IMG/VR virus record: IMGVR_UViG_3300028887_000079
Coordinates: 32,001-96,000 of that record
Direction: 5' to 3' (one strand)
Source: a virus
Lineage: Duplodnaviria; Caudoviricetes
Length of the DNA: 64,000 bases
Shown: piece after piece, positions 19,474-29,752 of the stretch
Numbering within the stretch: the first letter of the stretch is position 1
How the letters are laid out: each line of letters starts with the position of its first letter
Position numbers and translations under genes: made by a program
The notes under the pieces: model-generated
Seen by the model: only the letters and a program-made list of their open reading frames with translations
Database searches by the model: none
Told to the model about the DNA's origin: nothing

Positions 19474-19994
19474 AGACACTAGCAATGCGTAGGCTCAACG
19501 GCCAAAAGCGCTCATTCTATTGCGATGATGGAATCCATCACTGTAACATCGACTTCTACCCCGCCGAGCTGGTCGAAAAAATCATTACGGATCTCGCCGA
19601 TCAGGTTCTCGAGGGCCGCAAGAAGTGGAATTCCTTGTTTGACCAATTTAAGGCGAAGCGCAAGGAACTCCGGGACGATCGCCACACAGCCATCGCCGAA
19701 CTCCACGCGCTTCAAGACAAAATGTGCGAGGACGTGTTCTATGGGGTTACGCCGAGCCACATTGCGTGCCCGCCGTTGAGAAACGCGGCATACATCACCA
19801 ACAAGACACGCCGAAACTATTTTCTCGCCCTGGCGCGTGCCGCCGAAACCGGTCGCCGCTTTTGGGCAAAAGAAGGCATCTTTGCGTTGCGCGAAGGCCG
19901 CAAGAAGGATTCGGAAAAGGCCTACAAGATGGAACTGCGCCGTAGCCGTCAGGTTCGCGTGTTCACGGAAAAGGCGATGGAGGTCAAAATCTAA
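19464..19994 (+). CDS. hypothetical protein
   Basis: GAGG RBS, operon packing. Confidence 0.7.
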   Translation: MPVKTLAMRRLNGQKRSFYCDDGIHHCNIDFYPAELVEKIITDLADQVLEGRKKWNSLFDQFKAKRKELRDDRHTAIAELHALQDKMCEDVFYGVTPSHIACPPLRNAAYITNKTRRNYFLALARAAETGRRFWAKEGIFALREGRKKDSEKAYKMELRRSRQVRVFTEKAMEVKI

Positions 19995-20242
19995 TGTATT
20001 GCGATTACGTTTTCATAAAGGCTAGACGCGCCCTTCGCGAACTCTGTGACCGCGAGGCGTGGGAGAACCTGAAAAAGCGGGCCGCCAAATGCACCGTGAG
20101 CCTTCCCAAAGGACCGGAATGCAAGGCGCCTGAAGAACATGGCTATCCGGTATACTTTGTGGATTATGTGGGTTGCATACTCGCGCCGAATCCACAACCG
20201 CTTACGAATCCGGACCAACTAATAGGGTGGGAACGCAAATGA
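19994..20242 (+). CDS. hypothetical protein
   Basis: TAATG overlap. Confidence 0.65.
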   Translation: MYCDYVFIKARRALRELCDREAWENLKKRAAKCTVSLPKGPECKAPEEHGYPVYFVDYVGCILAPNPQPLTNPDQLIGWERK

Positions 20243-20490
20243 CTGATGAAGAATTCCAAAAGGCGCCGGACTGGTCTTACTGGACCCCGAAGCGCATCCT
20301 CAAGAAGAAGTGCGATTGCCCGGACTTCTGTGAACGGCGCGTGGTAGGATGCGGCTATGATGGCAGCAAGCTGTATCTGTGCAAGAACTGCGGCCAAATT
20401 TATGAACTGAAAGAGCTCCGCACGATCCGCTTGCAGCCTACCCCGGCGGTTGCCGCAAAACTGAGACAATGCGAAAGGAGGATAAAATGA
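20239..20490 (+). CDS. hypothetical Zn-ribbon protein
   Basis: CPDFC...CKNCG. Confidence 0.6.
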   Translation: MTDEEFQKAPDWSYWTPKRILKKKCDCPDFCERRVVGCGYDGSKLYLCKNCGQIYELKELRTIRLQPTPAVAAKLRQCERRIK

Positions 20491-20822
20491 GCGCGTATCC
20501 TAAACAAACAATCATGATTTGCACGAAATGCGGATTGACCGAGCCGCAAACCAAACAGAACGAAACCGGCTATTGCAGCCGCTGCGATGCCTTTCATATG
20601 GTCGCGAAGGCTGGAAAGCGCGTCTATTTGACGGCGGATGAGATCCAAATCATCAAGAAGGCGATGGACGCCTATTTCGACCACTGCGGCGAAGTCATTG
20701 CGGACTACAAGGAAAGCGAAACCCTGGAGATGCAGCATACGGACTTTGAAACGGAGAACTATCATGAAGCATTCCACGATCGGGATGTAATCCGGCTCTC
20801 GTTGACGCGCAAGCTCAAATAA
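20487..20822 (+). CDS. hypothetical Zn-ribbon protein
   Basis: CTKC...CSRC; AGGAGG RBS. Confidence 0.65.
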   Translation: MSAYPKQTIMICTKCGLTEPQTKQNETGYCSRCDAFHMVAKAGKRVYLTADEIQIIKKAMDAYFDHCGEVIADYKESETLEMQHTDFETENYHEAFHDRDVIRLSLTRKLK

Positions 20823-20851
20823 TATATTTTTGAAGAAACTAAGGAGGCATC

Positions 20852-21442
20852 ATGTCCCGCATAAAACTCATTAAAAATGAAGCAAATACCCCAATATCTG
20901 CAGCGGATGTCACTGCCGCGAATGCCGAAGACTTTGTCGGCCAAGTGTTTCACCTGAGGAGTGATTCCTCCTACACAGCATCTATCATTGGCACCGGCAA
21001 AACATTCAAGGGCGAGGATGTTCTCCTCCTTGATAATGGCAAAGCGGTTCCGGTCGCCAATTTCCAAAAGGCTTACATGTCCGATGCGGATCTTCAGCAA
21101 CGCCGAGATGTCAGCCAGCATGTAAATGACTGCGTGACCGCCATCATTAAAAAATACCGCACCGAAGCACAAAAATTAAAAATGAGTCCCGGCCCCCTTA
21201 CCGGTGGCGATAGTAAATGGCGACATGAAACCACATTCACCATTAAATACCCGGACGCCGGCGAAATCTCCGTAATGGGCGCCCGCGGCTACGGGATTGA
21301 CGGGACAATCAAAATCGGGCAGTCTAAAACGGAAATTCGCGCAACGGATCTTCGCGTAGACCGCAACACCCCCGAAGAATTGGCGGAGTGGGTCTATTCG
21401 AAATATCCTCTTGACGCCATTGTCGCGGGATACGGCGCATAA
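20852..21442 (+). CDS. putative internal head protein (shared N-terminal leader)
   Basis: MSRIKLIKNEA leader shared with genes at 34.8-39.3 kb; own TATATT site. Confidence 0.5.
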   Translation: MSRIKLIKNEANTPISAADVTAANAEDFVGQVFHLRSDSSYTASIIGTGKTFKGEDVLLLDNGKAVPVANFQKAYMSDADLQQRRDVSQHVNDCVTAIIKKYRTEAQKLKMSPGPLTGGDSKWRHETTFTIKYPDAGEISVMGARGYGIDGTIKIGQSKTEIRATDLRVDRNTPEELAEWVYSKYPLDAIVAGYGA

Positions 21443-21527
21443 ACAGCGATTTAAGGCGATAAAAGAAGGCGGGCATATAAATGCTCGCCTTTCGTATTTG
21501 AAGCGCTTATAAGCGCGTTATTGCGCA
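21435..21527. repeat. ~93-bp quasi-palindromic element, copy 2
   Basis: GCGCATAAACAGCGATTTAAGGCGATAAAAG + hairpin; convergent junction. Confidence 0.8.
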
Positions 21528-21545
21528 ATTATAGTGATTGTCCGC

Positions 21546-22373
21546 CTAGACAACCCAATATGTGAATCGGGCGCCACGCGTAGTATAAACGGACTCCTTC
21601 GCAACAACCAATCGCTTATCATCCGTCAATGCGGAAATGACCATACTACCAACCGGAATGTCCTGCCCGGTGGTCGTGAACGTTTGCTTCTTGGCCCACA
21701 GCGCCGCAAGGTCATTGTAGTTCTTTACCAAGTTGCGCATGATGCCAGCGGATCGAAGATTGGGCCGCCCGCCTTCAAGAACCACATTCGGCGCCTCATG
21801 TCCGCCATACGTGGTTGACCCCGGTTCGGACAATGTGTATCCTACTGAAACCGGGCGGCTGTATGTTGCCTGAAATCCCGACAGCACCTCGATCGGCTGC
21901 TGCTTGTAAAGGCGATTCAGGAACATCACCTTCAAATTCGTAAAGTCAACAAACGCGGGAGAACTGCCCATATTCGCAAGCGCCAAAACCATATCGGCGT
22001 CCGAATGCGTCATATTCAAAAGCGACATTTCGGCGGACAGCATATCGGCGCCGTCAATTTCAAATCCATAATTCGCAATCATGTCCGCAATGGGCGTGTC
22101 GCGGAAACTGGTCGGATGGACCTTGTCAAATTCAGGGCAGGCGGAATCAACGGCGCCGACATTGTAGAGCAGGGCGCCGTTCGCATCAACGGAAACATCC
22201 ATACCGGAAAGGACGCCTTCGAACTCCTTATCGCCAGCTTGAAGTTTCACCTTCTCACAAGAGGTGTAACTATCGGCCTTGCAGGTAAAGCGATAGAACG
22301 GATATTCGGACAGCGCCTCGCGGACAATGAGGTTCTCCGGCGGTTCCGATGCGATTGAAATGCTTATGTTCAT
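21546..22373 (-). CDS. putative baseplate hub / tail protein
   Basis: position downstream of tape measure; beta-rich. Confidence 0.45.
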   Translation of the reverse strand: MNISISIASEPPENLIVREALSEYPFYRFTCKADSYTSCEKVKLQAGDKEFEGVLSGMDVSVDANGALLYNVGAVDSACPEFDKVHPTSFRDTPIADMIANYGFEIDGADMLSAEMSLLNMTHSDADMVLALANMGSSPAFVDFTNLKVMFLNRLYKQQPIEVLSGFQATYSRPVSVGYTLSEPGSTTYGGHEAPNVVLEGGRPNLRSAGIMRNLVKNYNDLAALWAKKQTFTTTGQDIPVGSMVISALTDDKRLVVAKESVYTTRGARFTYWVV

Positions 22374-22654
22374 ATATGGAAGTCCTCATCCATATCCACG
22401 AGCTCGCGGTTCAGCGTAGGATGATCCGGGGTCGGATAGGCGCGACCCGCCACAAGCATCCAGGGCGAATCAATGCCGGTTGCGACCATATCGAGTTTCA
22501 TATACTCGGTAGTGCCGAATATCTTGTCCGGGCGGTATTCCGTATTGCGTGTGATGACAACGGGGCGCCCTTGCTGAACCTTCTTGACGTGGAGGTCGCT
22601 GTTCGTGGTGAGCAGCATTTGAATGTTCTTAGATTCCAAATTTACGCCGGGCAT
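22370..22654 (-). CDS. putative baseplate protein (gp53/LysM-like)
   Basis: EYRPDKI motif; position in tail operon. Confidence 0.4.
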   Translation of the reverse strand: MPGVNLESKNIQMLLTTNSDLHVKKVQQGRPVVITRNTEYRPDKIFGTTEYMKLDMVATGIDSPWMLVAGRAYPTPDHPTLNRELVDMDEDFHI

Positions 22655-22662
22655 AAAACCTC

Positions 22663-23610
22663 CTACCACAATTTCTTCGCTGCGCTCAAATAGTTGGACG
22701 GGACTGTTTCAAGAGAGGTGCTGCTGTCCTGAGCCGCACCGGCCTCTTCATTCGAGAAGTTAGCAAGCAGGCCGCCAAGCGGGTTTTCCATTTGAATTGA
22801 AATGGCACATTTGGTCGGATAGAATCCGGACTTGTCTGCCACAAAGGCGCCCGGAGTTATCGACATGCTGGACGGCATATACGAGATGTTTGCGTGAAGG
22901 ACCGGTTGCCCATCCACTATCAATGTCGGCGAAGCCTTGGCGCCCATTCCTGCCCACTGGTTTTGAATTGCCAGCGGGGTATTCGAATAATACTGAATGG
23001 CCGCCGTATTGAACACGCTGCCGCCAAGATAGCGGTCGCGTGCGGCAAAATACGCTTTCTCCTCATTGGATCCGGCTTCAACATCTTCATTCGTGGTCGC
23101 AATGGTAAGAGCATCGCCCACATCGGAAAACGAGTGCATCACCATACCCTTGATGGCTGCCTGCACCGGATCCGAGTTCGTGAATGAATTCTTGGCGGGG
23201 TGGTAGACGGCGCACGAGGTAGCCTCGGACACCGACTGGCGCCAGCCGTATTCCTTTGCGATACTGGACACATTCGAGATGAACGCTGCATACTGCTTGG
23301 CGTCCTCGAAATACACATCGCCGGACAAGGTCATGCTCATAGATGAAATTTCATCATAAGTCACGCCGGGAACCGGCTTGGAGTCACTCATGCGCAAGCC
23401 CTTGCGGATTTGCTCGATCTGAGTATTCATGTTCACCAAAGTGGAGAACAACTGAGATACGGCGCCGGTAGGACTTTGTGTCTTGAAATTCGGAAGGGCG
23501 AGTTTTTGCATCTCAGGGATATTCGTGACATAGATGGGAATATCCAAATACTTAATGCAATTCTTGCGGGCAGCGGCACGGAATGATCTTGATTCTACTG
23601 CATCAGGCAT
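22663..23610 (-). CDS. putative tail-tube initiator / baseplate protein
   Basis: tube-like C-terminus (PSSMSITP...YPTKCAISIQ); position. Confidence 0.4.
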   Translation of the reverse strand: MPDAVESRSFRAAARKNCIKYLDIPIYVTNIPEMQKLALPNFKTQSPTGAVSQLFSTLVNMNTQIEQIRKGLRMSDSKPVPGVTYDEISSMSMTLSGDVYFEDAKQYAAFISNVSSIAKEYGWRQSVSEATSCAVYHPAKNSFTNSDPVQAAIKGMVMHSFSDVGDALTIATTNEDVEAGSNEEKAYFAARDRYLGGSVFNTAAIQYYSNTPLAIQNQWAGMGAKASPTLIVDGQPVLHANISYMPSSMSITPGAFVADKSGFYPTKCAISIQMENPLGGLLANFSNEEAGAAQDSSTSLETVPSNYLSAAKKLW

Positions 23611-23612
23611 AA

Positions 23613-25499
23613 CTACCTCCACTCATCTACGTTGCGGTTGCTTGCGCCGACCGGGACAACTCCAACGGACTGCTCGGTGGCGCGAACCGGAAGATTGCGT
23701 TGGCGTTCTTCTTCCCTGACCCTTGCCTGAGCCTGAGCCTGAACGGCTTCATGGGTCGGGGCTTCGTGGGTGATGCCGGACGCTGTGCCGGGGATCTTTT
23801 CAACAGAATACGATGCCGGCTCATTCATCCGAACGGGTCCACTCAGTTTGGCCGCACTCAAAATACCGCCGTCCGAGCTGGTCACCTTGACAGACTTCGC
23901 ACGCTGCTTTTCTTCTTCAACACGGGCATCCTGATATGCGGTAAACCACTCGGCGCGAGACTTGCCGGTGGCATCAATAACTTCTTTATTGGACTGTTCA
24001 TAACGCTCGCGGAGGTCGTTGTCCGTGAAGCGAATGGCATCGGAGATTTGAGAGCCCAAGAAGATGAGCTTTGCGGTCAACTCATTGCCGAGAGTAATAG
24101 CCACGGCAGGGAGCGCCGTAGCCAATTCAATCAAGGCGCCACCGGTCTGTTCAATGACCGGGAACATTTCCTTGAACTTCTCCATCACCTTGCCAATGAT
24201 AACAAGGGCAGGCGGGGCGATCGCCATATTCATAGTGTTGGCGGATCCGATGTTCTTCTTTTCCTCGTCCGAAACAAGGGAGCCTTCTTGCTTTTGGGTA
24301 AAGGCCTCCTTAACGGTTTGCTCCTCTTCCCTAAGGGCGCCCGCCTTTTTATCAACAGTGGCGTTCTCAATGTAGGCAAGTTGGGCGTTGGCGGTTTCTT
24401 TCGCCTTCATCGCCGCACTTGCATCCCCGGTGCCTTCGGCGTATTCTACAAGGCCTTGGGTGTCCTTCGCCACAGCCACCGCATACTCATCGCCAGCCTT
24501 GGACACTTCGGCATCGGCAGCCAAATTCTTTTCGGCAACCTCGGCTTCAACCTTGGACACCTTTTCTTTTTGGATAGCGTCCTTTGTAGAAGCATCCAAG
24601 ATGAGACCGGAGTTCTTCTCGGTTCCCTCACGGATCGCGGATGCAATGTCGCCGAGCGGAGCAGCCAACGGGGCAGCGCCACCACGTTCAGCGCGTTCGC
24701 CACGGGCGGGTGTTTCTTCATTGCCTTCTTTGACCGCCTTGATCTTGGCAGTGCCTTCGTCAGCAACAGCGCGTTGATTTGCCTTTGCGGCCTTCAATGC
24801 GGCGTCCGCTTTCTCGGTAGTATCGAGAGTCTTGTCGCCCGCCATCATCTTTTGAAGGGCGCGACCTTCCATCTCGGTTGCATTTTGAATTGCTTGCCCG
24901 TGTGCCTGCTTTGCGGTCTCAAGCCCCTTGTCCGCTGCCGCGAATTTGTCTTCGCGGGCTTCGGCGGCCTTCGCGGTTATATCCTCATAACGGGCATCGG
25001 AAATTGTGGCGATGTCCTTTTTGGTCTGTTCGCTTGCCTTGACAAAATTCTCGACAACGCCTTGGAAACCTTTTCCACCAATGGCGCCGATAAGTCCAAG
25101 CCAATTCTTTTGACGCTCGCCAGCTTGGCGATCCCCAACCGAGTTTAACTTCTCAGCACGGCGATTTGCGGCTTCAACGCGTTTACGATAGGCTGCACCC
25201 TCTTTCGCCTCCTTTTCGGCGAGTTTGAGCGAATTAGCCTCGGTTTCGTTGAGTGCCTTGAAGATGCGGGCGGTTTCTTTAAGATCCGCCTGATATTGGC
25301 GGAAAAGACCATCAATAGCCTGATTGCGTTTTTCGGAAGCGGTCAACTCCTTCTTGGAAGTATTCGTGCGCTCCTGCATTGATTTGGTGATGGCTTCGGT
25401 TAACTTTTTAAGCGAATCGGGAAGAGAGGAGTCCTCACTCCCGGCGGACTTATTTCCGCCCAATGCCTTCAACAAAAGAGAGCTAATATCTTCCGCCAT
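23613..25499 (-). CDS. tape measure protein
   Basis: Ala/Lys/Glu-rich helical protein with hydrophobic patch, located after tube and chaperone genes. Confidence 0.6.
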   Translation of the reverse strand: MAEDISSLLLKALGGNKSAGSEDSSLPDSLKKLTEAITKSMQERTNTSKKELTASEKRNQAIDGLFRQYQADLKETARIFKALNETEANSLKLAEKEAKEGAAYRKRVEAANRRAEKLNSVGDRQAGERQKNWLGLIGAIGGKGFQGVVENFVKASEQTKKDIATISDARYEDITAKAAEAREDKFAAADKGLETAKQAHGQAIQNATEMEGRALQKMMAGDKTLDTTEKADAALKAAKANQRAVADEGTAKIKAVKEGNEETPARGERAERGGAAPLAAPLGDIASAIREGTEKNSGLILDASTKDAIQKEKVSKVEAEVAEKNLAADAEVSKAGDEYAVAVAKDTQGLVEYAEGTGDASAAMKAKETANAQLAYIENATVDKKAGALREEEQTVKEAFTQKQEGSLVSDEEKKNIGSANTMNMAIAPPALVIIGKVMEKFKEMFPVIEQTGGALIELATALPAVAITLGNELTAKLIFLGSQISDAIRFTDNDLRERYEQSNKEVIDATGKSRAEWFTAYQDARVEEEKQRAKSVKVTSSDGGILSAAKLSGPVRMNEPASYSVEKIPGTASGITHEAPTHEAVQAQAQARVREEERQRNLPVRATEQSVGVVPVGASNRNVDEWR

Positions 25500-25568
25500 A
25501 GAAACACCTTAAATGCCCGTAAAATCTAATACAAATCTACATAATTAGGCGGCGCCAAACACCGCCGC

Positions 25569-25718
25569 CTATTTACGCTTCGCATCCCTTTGACGGATCA
25601 TTTCCTCGCGTGCACTGAGAAAATCCAATATCTCCGCAAGGCATTGATCCTCGTCAAGGTTATAGCCTAAAATTAGTTTTATATTGGCCAAGCGCTTCCG
25701 TGTCAAGAAACGGGACAT
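25569..25718 (-). CDS. small overlapping tail-assembly protein (49 aa)
   Basis: MSRFLTRKRL...DAKRK in the +1 frame overlapping the end of 25660-26385, followed by a terminator-like hairpin. Confidence 0.5.
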   Translation of the reverse strand: MSRFLTRKRLANIKLILGYNLDEDQCLAEILDFLSAREEMIRQRDAKRK

Positions 25719-26385
25719 ACTGAGTGACCTCCAGGGCACTCAGCGGCACTCGATAAGTTTTCTTGCACTTGGGGCATTCAACCTGTTTGTAAGTGTCCGT
25801 GATTGCAAAATACTTGGACACCGTTTTGAGCATAAGCGCAATCAAAGAGAAGTCCGTAATACTGCCAAGGATTTCGTAGATCTTGTCCGGATCCGTTTCC
25901 TCATCAATCTTCGTTACATACTGCGCAATACTGGCGATCAGGTTTTCGCCCTTCGGGTCGCGCTCCTTAAATTTCTCCATCGATTCAACCGTGGCGAAAC
26001 CAAGAGTGTAGGTATGCGTTTCATCCGCAATGGTGAGCGGATACGGAGCATCCTTTTCAAGAACCGTAACCGGCGGGAAGTCGTGGCGGGTCAACCCCAT
26101 CGTGCGCTTGTCATTACAATACGGACAAGTCACGTCCACGCGCCAAGAGCGGTCCTTCTCTGTGTTGAATGCCAACACGGCAATCAAGAAACGCAGGTCC
26201 TTCGGGACAAGAAGCGAAGTGTCAATCTCATCGGTCAACTCGCCCATCAGGTCGCGGATCTCGCGGTCGGTCGGACGAGAGCCCAACTTCAGTGCCTGAT
26301 TGATGGTGAGTGCCTTGAGTTTGAAACGTTTGAAAGGATATGGACGAAATCCAGTGGGGAGTTCATTGATTGGTATATAGATCAT
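25660..26385 (-). CDS. tail assembly chaperone / T4 gp26-like baseplate hub assembly protein
   Basis: LPT..PY N-terminus, two CxxC motifs, located between tube and tape measure. Confidence 0.6.
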   Translation of the reverse strand: MIYIPINELPTGFRPYPFKRFKLKALTINQALKLGSRPTDREIRDLMGELTDEIDTSLLVPKDLRFLIAVLAFNTEKDRSWRVDVTCPYCNDKRTMGLTRHDFPPVTVLEKDAPYPLTIADETHTYTLGFATVESMEKFKERDPKGENLIASIAQYVTKIDEETDPDKIYEILGSITDFSLIALMLKTVSKYFAITDTYKQVECPKCKKTYRVPLSALEVTQYVPFLDTEALGQYKTNFRL

Positions 26386-26387
26386 AT

Positions 26388-26852
26388 TTATATTAACCTC
26401 AATACCAAAGATACGGGCAACATAGTCGCGGACGAAAAACTCACATTGTTCGGTGGGGTATAGGACGCAAGATAGAAATCATGCGAGTCCAAACCGGCAT
26501 CATCCAAAAGGCCATCGACATCGGCGGACGGATTTGCAAAAGGCATCTCCGAGACATCGCCCCATTCAACCTTGATGGGGTAACGCTGATCGATATAACC
26601 GGGATGAACTGTTGCCGCATACAGATGGCGGAGGAGCGAGTCCTGCTTTTTCGTGACGTGCGCCGAGATCGTAATCTCGGGGGTATGCATTTGGCCGTTT
26701 TCCATCAGGAAAGCGTTGGCGCCATTTATGCTTTCTACCAATAAGGAATTAGGCCCCCCGTCATAGGGGGCCGGTAATTTCACGAAAACATCAAAGTTCC
26801 CGTTATCGAGATATTGCGTCTCAATTACAGATTCCAAGATGTTTTTTGCCAT
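26388..26852 (-). CDS. tail tube-like protein
   Basis: position and size. Confidence 0.4.
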   Translation of the reverse strand: MAKNILESVIETQYLDNGNFDVFVKLPAPYDGGPNSLLVESINGANAFLMENGQMHTPEITISAHVTKKQDSLLRHLYAATVHPGYIDQRYPIKVEWGDVSEMPFANPSADVDGLLDDAGLDSHDFYLASYTPPNNVSFSSATMLPVSLVLRLI

Positions 26853-26855
26853 TCA

Positions 26856-27434
26856 TTAAGCCTCGAACGGCTTATGCCAGCCGTGAGCATACAGGGTGAG
26901 CTGCGTGCCTACGATTTCGGCATTGTTGCCGGAAGTGAACGTGCCGGGTTGGACACCCTTGATTTGGACGCCATCCAAGATGATGATGTTGTCCGCGTCA
27001 GCCTTACCATCATTCCCAAGTTCGAGGAGCGTGATGCCGGAGAACGTGTAAACACTCTTCGGGGCGATATCGCGCTTGTCGAAGTAGCCGGCGCCCTTAT
27101 TCTGCGCCTTGATAAGCGCATTTTCAACCGCACGGCTCATAGGTTCGAGGATCGTGATTTGCAAGCTGTCAATCACGCGGGACTGCCAAGCAGCCTGACT
27201 GATAGGAATGCCCTTGATGTTCGCCTGAGCATAAGTCGTTTCGGAGTTGAACGAATAATCGCTGGTGCACGCATAGCTCATGTGCTTTGCGATACCAACG
27301 TCACCGCCCAACAGATCCACGAACTTCTTGCAGGTCGCGAAATCAATACGCCAGTTCGAACTGACGGCGTAGTCCTTCTCGCTGAAGTCCTCGCCGAGCA
27401 ATTCGTTGAAGGTTACGTTTGCAATGTCTGCCAT
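26856..27434 (-). CDS. tail tube protein
   Basis: immediately downstream of sheath; gp19-like size and pattern. Confidence 0.6.
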   Translation of the reverse strand: MADIANVTFNELLGEDFSEKDYAVSSNWRIDFATCKKFVDLLGGDVGIAKHMSYACTSDYSFNSETTYAQANIKGIPISQAAWQSRVIDSLQITILEPMSRAVENALIKAQNKGAGYFDKRDIAPKSVYTFSGITLLELGNDGKADADNIIILDGVQIKGVQPGTFTSGNNAEIVGTQLTLYAHGWHKPFEA

Positions 27435-27436
27435 AA

Positions 27437-29710
27437 TTATGCATCCTCCGCCAAGCTGATTTCAAGTGACTGCGTCTGCGGGTAGGCGGTAACGTAGATG
27501 TCCACGTAACGGCCAACGCCCTTGAAGCGCACCGGGAAGTCGAAGCGCATAACCTTGTCACCGATAATGTTCTTGTCGGCGTTCGGCTTGCCTTCTTCAA
27601 TGTAGTTGCGTTCCTTGAAGGTCTTGTTCAGGCTCTTCAAAACGCGGACGCCTTCGTTGATGGTCGGCACATCATTGTATTCCGCAACGAACGGACGCAT
27701 TGACTGGTAGATCATGTATTTCATCCAGCAATACGAAAGAATGACGTGCGTGTCGGAAAGAGCCGTGTCCGTGAGCTGGGAGGTGGTTTCTTCCCAAAGA
27801 TAGAAGCCGCCTTCATTGATACACGGATTGAGCTTGTAGGTCTGTGCAAGAACCTTGCGCTGCGGTCCGGTGTATTCTTCGGACAACTCTTCGCACTGGA
27901 TTTGACCATAAGAAAGACCCATCGGAGGACGAGCCTCGTTGCCGTTCTTATAGTTGTTGTTGAGGCAAAGAGTAACCAATGCCGCAAAGGTCATCCACAT
28001 GCGGCGGCCAGCAACAGTCTTGCGGCCATACTGCGGGAAGTCCGCAATGAAGCGGTTGCCGTGGCGGCCGCCCAAGTTCGAGAATACCGCGAGAGATGCA
28101 GCCTTGCCGATGTTGGTCACGCCAAGGGTCGTTTCGCTAGCGGCTTCAATCACGCCCAAGAAGTCCGGCACGTTCATCACGTCACCGAGGTTTGCCGTAA
28201 CCACGCAGCGATGCTTAGTCAGGTTGTCCCCGGCGATTTGGCGAAGAGCCAACGCATAAGCGTAAGACTTCTGCCCCGGAACGATCGCATTGGATTCCAA
28301 GTCGCCAGTGCCATCGAAATACTGCGGGGTCTTAATGAAAAGACTCGGCTCGGCGGGTTCATCCTCGCCAGCAATGATCGCGGCATCGACATCGCTTTGG
28401 AAGTCAATCTCATAATCGTCAAACACTTCACTGGTGCGGGACACGAGGTAGTTCGAAGAAGCAAGGACAGAGTCAAGCTGCATCGAAACATAGGAGCCAT
28501 CATAGTCATCGTAGTTGAAGCTGGCGATGTAGGTTTCCTTCAAGTAGGCGGAGTAGCAAGATGCCCACACGGCATTTTCTTCGCCCATATACATGTAGTT
28601 CTTGCGGTTTTCGAGGTAAAGACCCGTTGCAATCGCAAATTCCACAGTTGCCATTTCGCCGTCCGCATCCGGGGTGACGGAGACCGAGCCGCAACCATAG
28701 TTGAGGTAAGCGGTGCGAGCCTTGCCTTCTTCCGGAACGCCCTGGGCGCTTGCGGAGATCGAGATGGAGATCGAAAGGTTAAAGCAGTTGAATGCGCCGG
28801 CGGCAACCGTAAAGGTGCCATCGCCATTCGACTTGAAAGAGGTAAGGACCGGTTCGCCCTTCGAATCCTTCGCAGCAAGGACAGCGTCTTCGATAGCCTT
28901 ATACACGGATCCGCCGGTATACGGCGCCGTGCCCTTGCAGCCATTCACAAAGGCGGTCACAAGGTTGGTTGTGCCAGTCGAGGAGCCTTCGCCCGAAGAA
29001 CCGGAATCAAAGGACAACTCATAGCCATCCAAATGAAGCATGTCGGAGTCGCCGGATTCGCCACCGCCCAAAACAGGATCAAGACTCGGAGTCAAACCCA
29101 AGACCCCGGGCATATCCTTGTCAATGTGGCGGGCGCCAGCAAAGTCAAACACCTGAAGCTGGAAGGCGCGATGTTCATCCGCATAAGCGGACTTGGTAGC
29201 AGGTTCACTGAAGCGGAGGACGATGTTCGAATAGTTGGCGGGGTCGTTGCCCTGACCAATAACCTTCGAACAATAGTTACCTTCACCCTTGAAGAAGAGC
29301 AACGCGGTGTTCTTGTCCGCCGGGGTGGCAATGGCATTCGAGTTGGCGTTCGGATCGATGAACAGCTTTCCACGAATGCCCTTTTCCGGATCGGCGCCCT
29401 GAATGCTTACGCGCATACAGCCGAAAACCTGGTCGCCCGGTTCAATGCTCGGATCCTTTGCACGGGAAATCACGAGAGGCACATTGTGCTGTGCCAAGAA
29501 GTAGGCTTCCATGTTTGCCTGACCATACTTATCGAAAGCAGGGTTGCCAAACACCTTCACAAAATCATCTGCACTCGTGATAAATACCGGCTTGTTGCAA
29601 AGGCCGCGTTCCGCTTCCATCGCAACGGCAGCCTTGAACCCATCCGCAGAAGCGGGGCGCTGGGACTTATCAACGAGAATTACGTCAGTTCCGGCGGAAT
29701 CATTAACCAT
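27437..29710 (-). CDS. tail sheath protein
   Basis: ERGLCNKPVFITS.DDF.KVFGNP N-terminus; ARPPMG, LNP, AEYND C-terminal sheath motifs. Confidence 0.85.
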   Translation of the reverse strand: MVNDSAGTDVILVDKSQRPASADGFKAAVAMEAERGLCNKPVFITSADDFVKVFGNPAFDKYGQANMEAYFLAQHNVPLVISRAKDPSIEPGDQVFGCMRVSIQGADPEKGIRGKLFIDPNANSNAIATPADKNTALLFFKGEGNYCSKVIGQGNDPANYSNIVLRFSEPATKSAYADEHRAFQLQVFDFAGARHIDKDMPGVLGLTPSLDPVLGGGESGDSDMLHLDGYELSFDSGSSGEGSSTGTTNLVTAFVNGCKGTAPYTGGSVYKAIEDAVLAAKDSKGEPVLTSFKSNGDGTFTVAAGAFNCFNLSISISISASAQGVPEEGKARTAYLNYGCGSVSVTPDADGEMATVEFAIATGLYLENRKNYMYMGEENAVWASCYSAYLKETYIASFNYDDYDGSYVSMQLDSVLASSNYLVSRTSEVFDDYEIDFQSDVDAAIIAGEDEPAEPSLFIKTPQYFDGTGDLESNAIVPGQKSYAYALALRQIAGDNLTKHRCVVTANLGDVMNVPDFLGVIEAASETTLGVTNIGKAASLAVFSNLGGRHGNRFIADFPQYGRKTVAGRRMWMTFAALVTLCLNNNYKNGNEARPPMGLSYGQIQCEELSEEYTGPQRKVLAQTYKLNPCINEGGFYLWEETTSQLTDTALSDTHVILSYCWMKYMIYQSMRPFVAEYNDVPTINEGVRVLKSLNKTFKERNYIEEGKPNADKNIIGDKVMRFDFPVRFKGVGRYVDIYVTAYPQTQSLEISLAEDA

Positions 29711-29752
29711 TTTTCTTACCTCATAAGGTTGAAAAGTTGGGGCAAAATTGGA

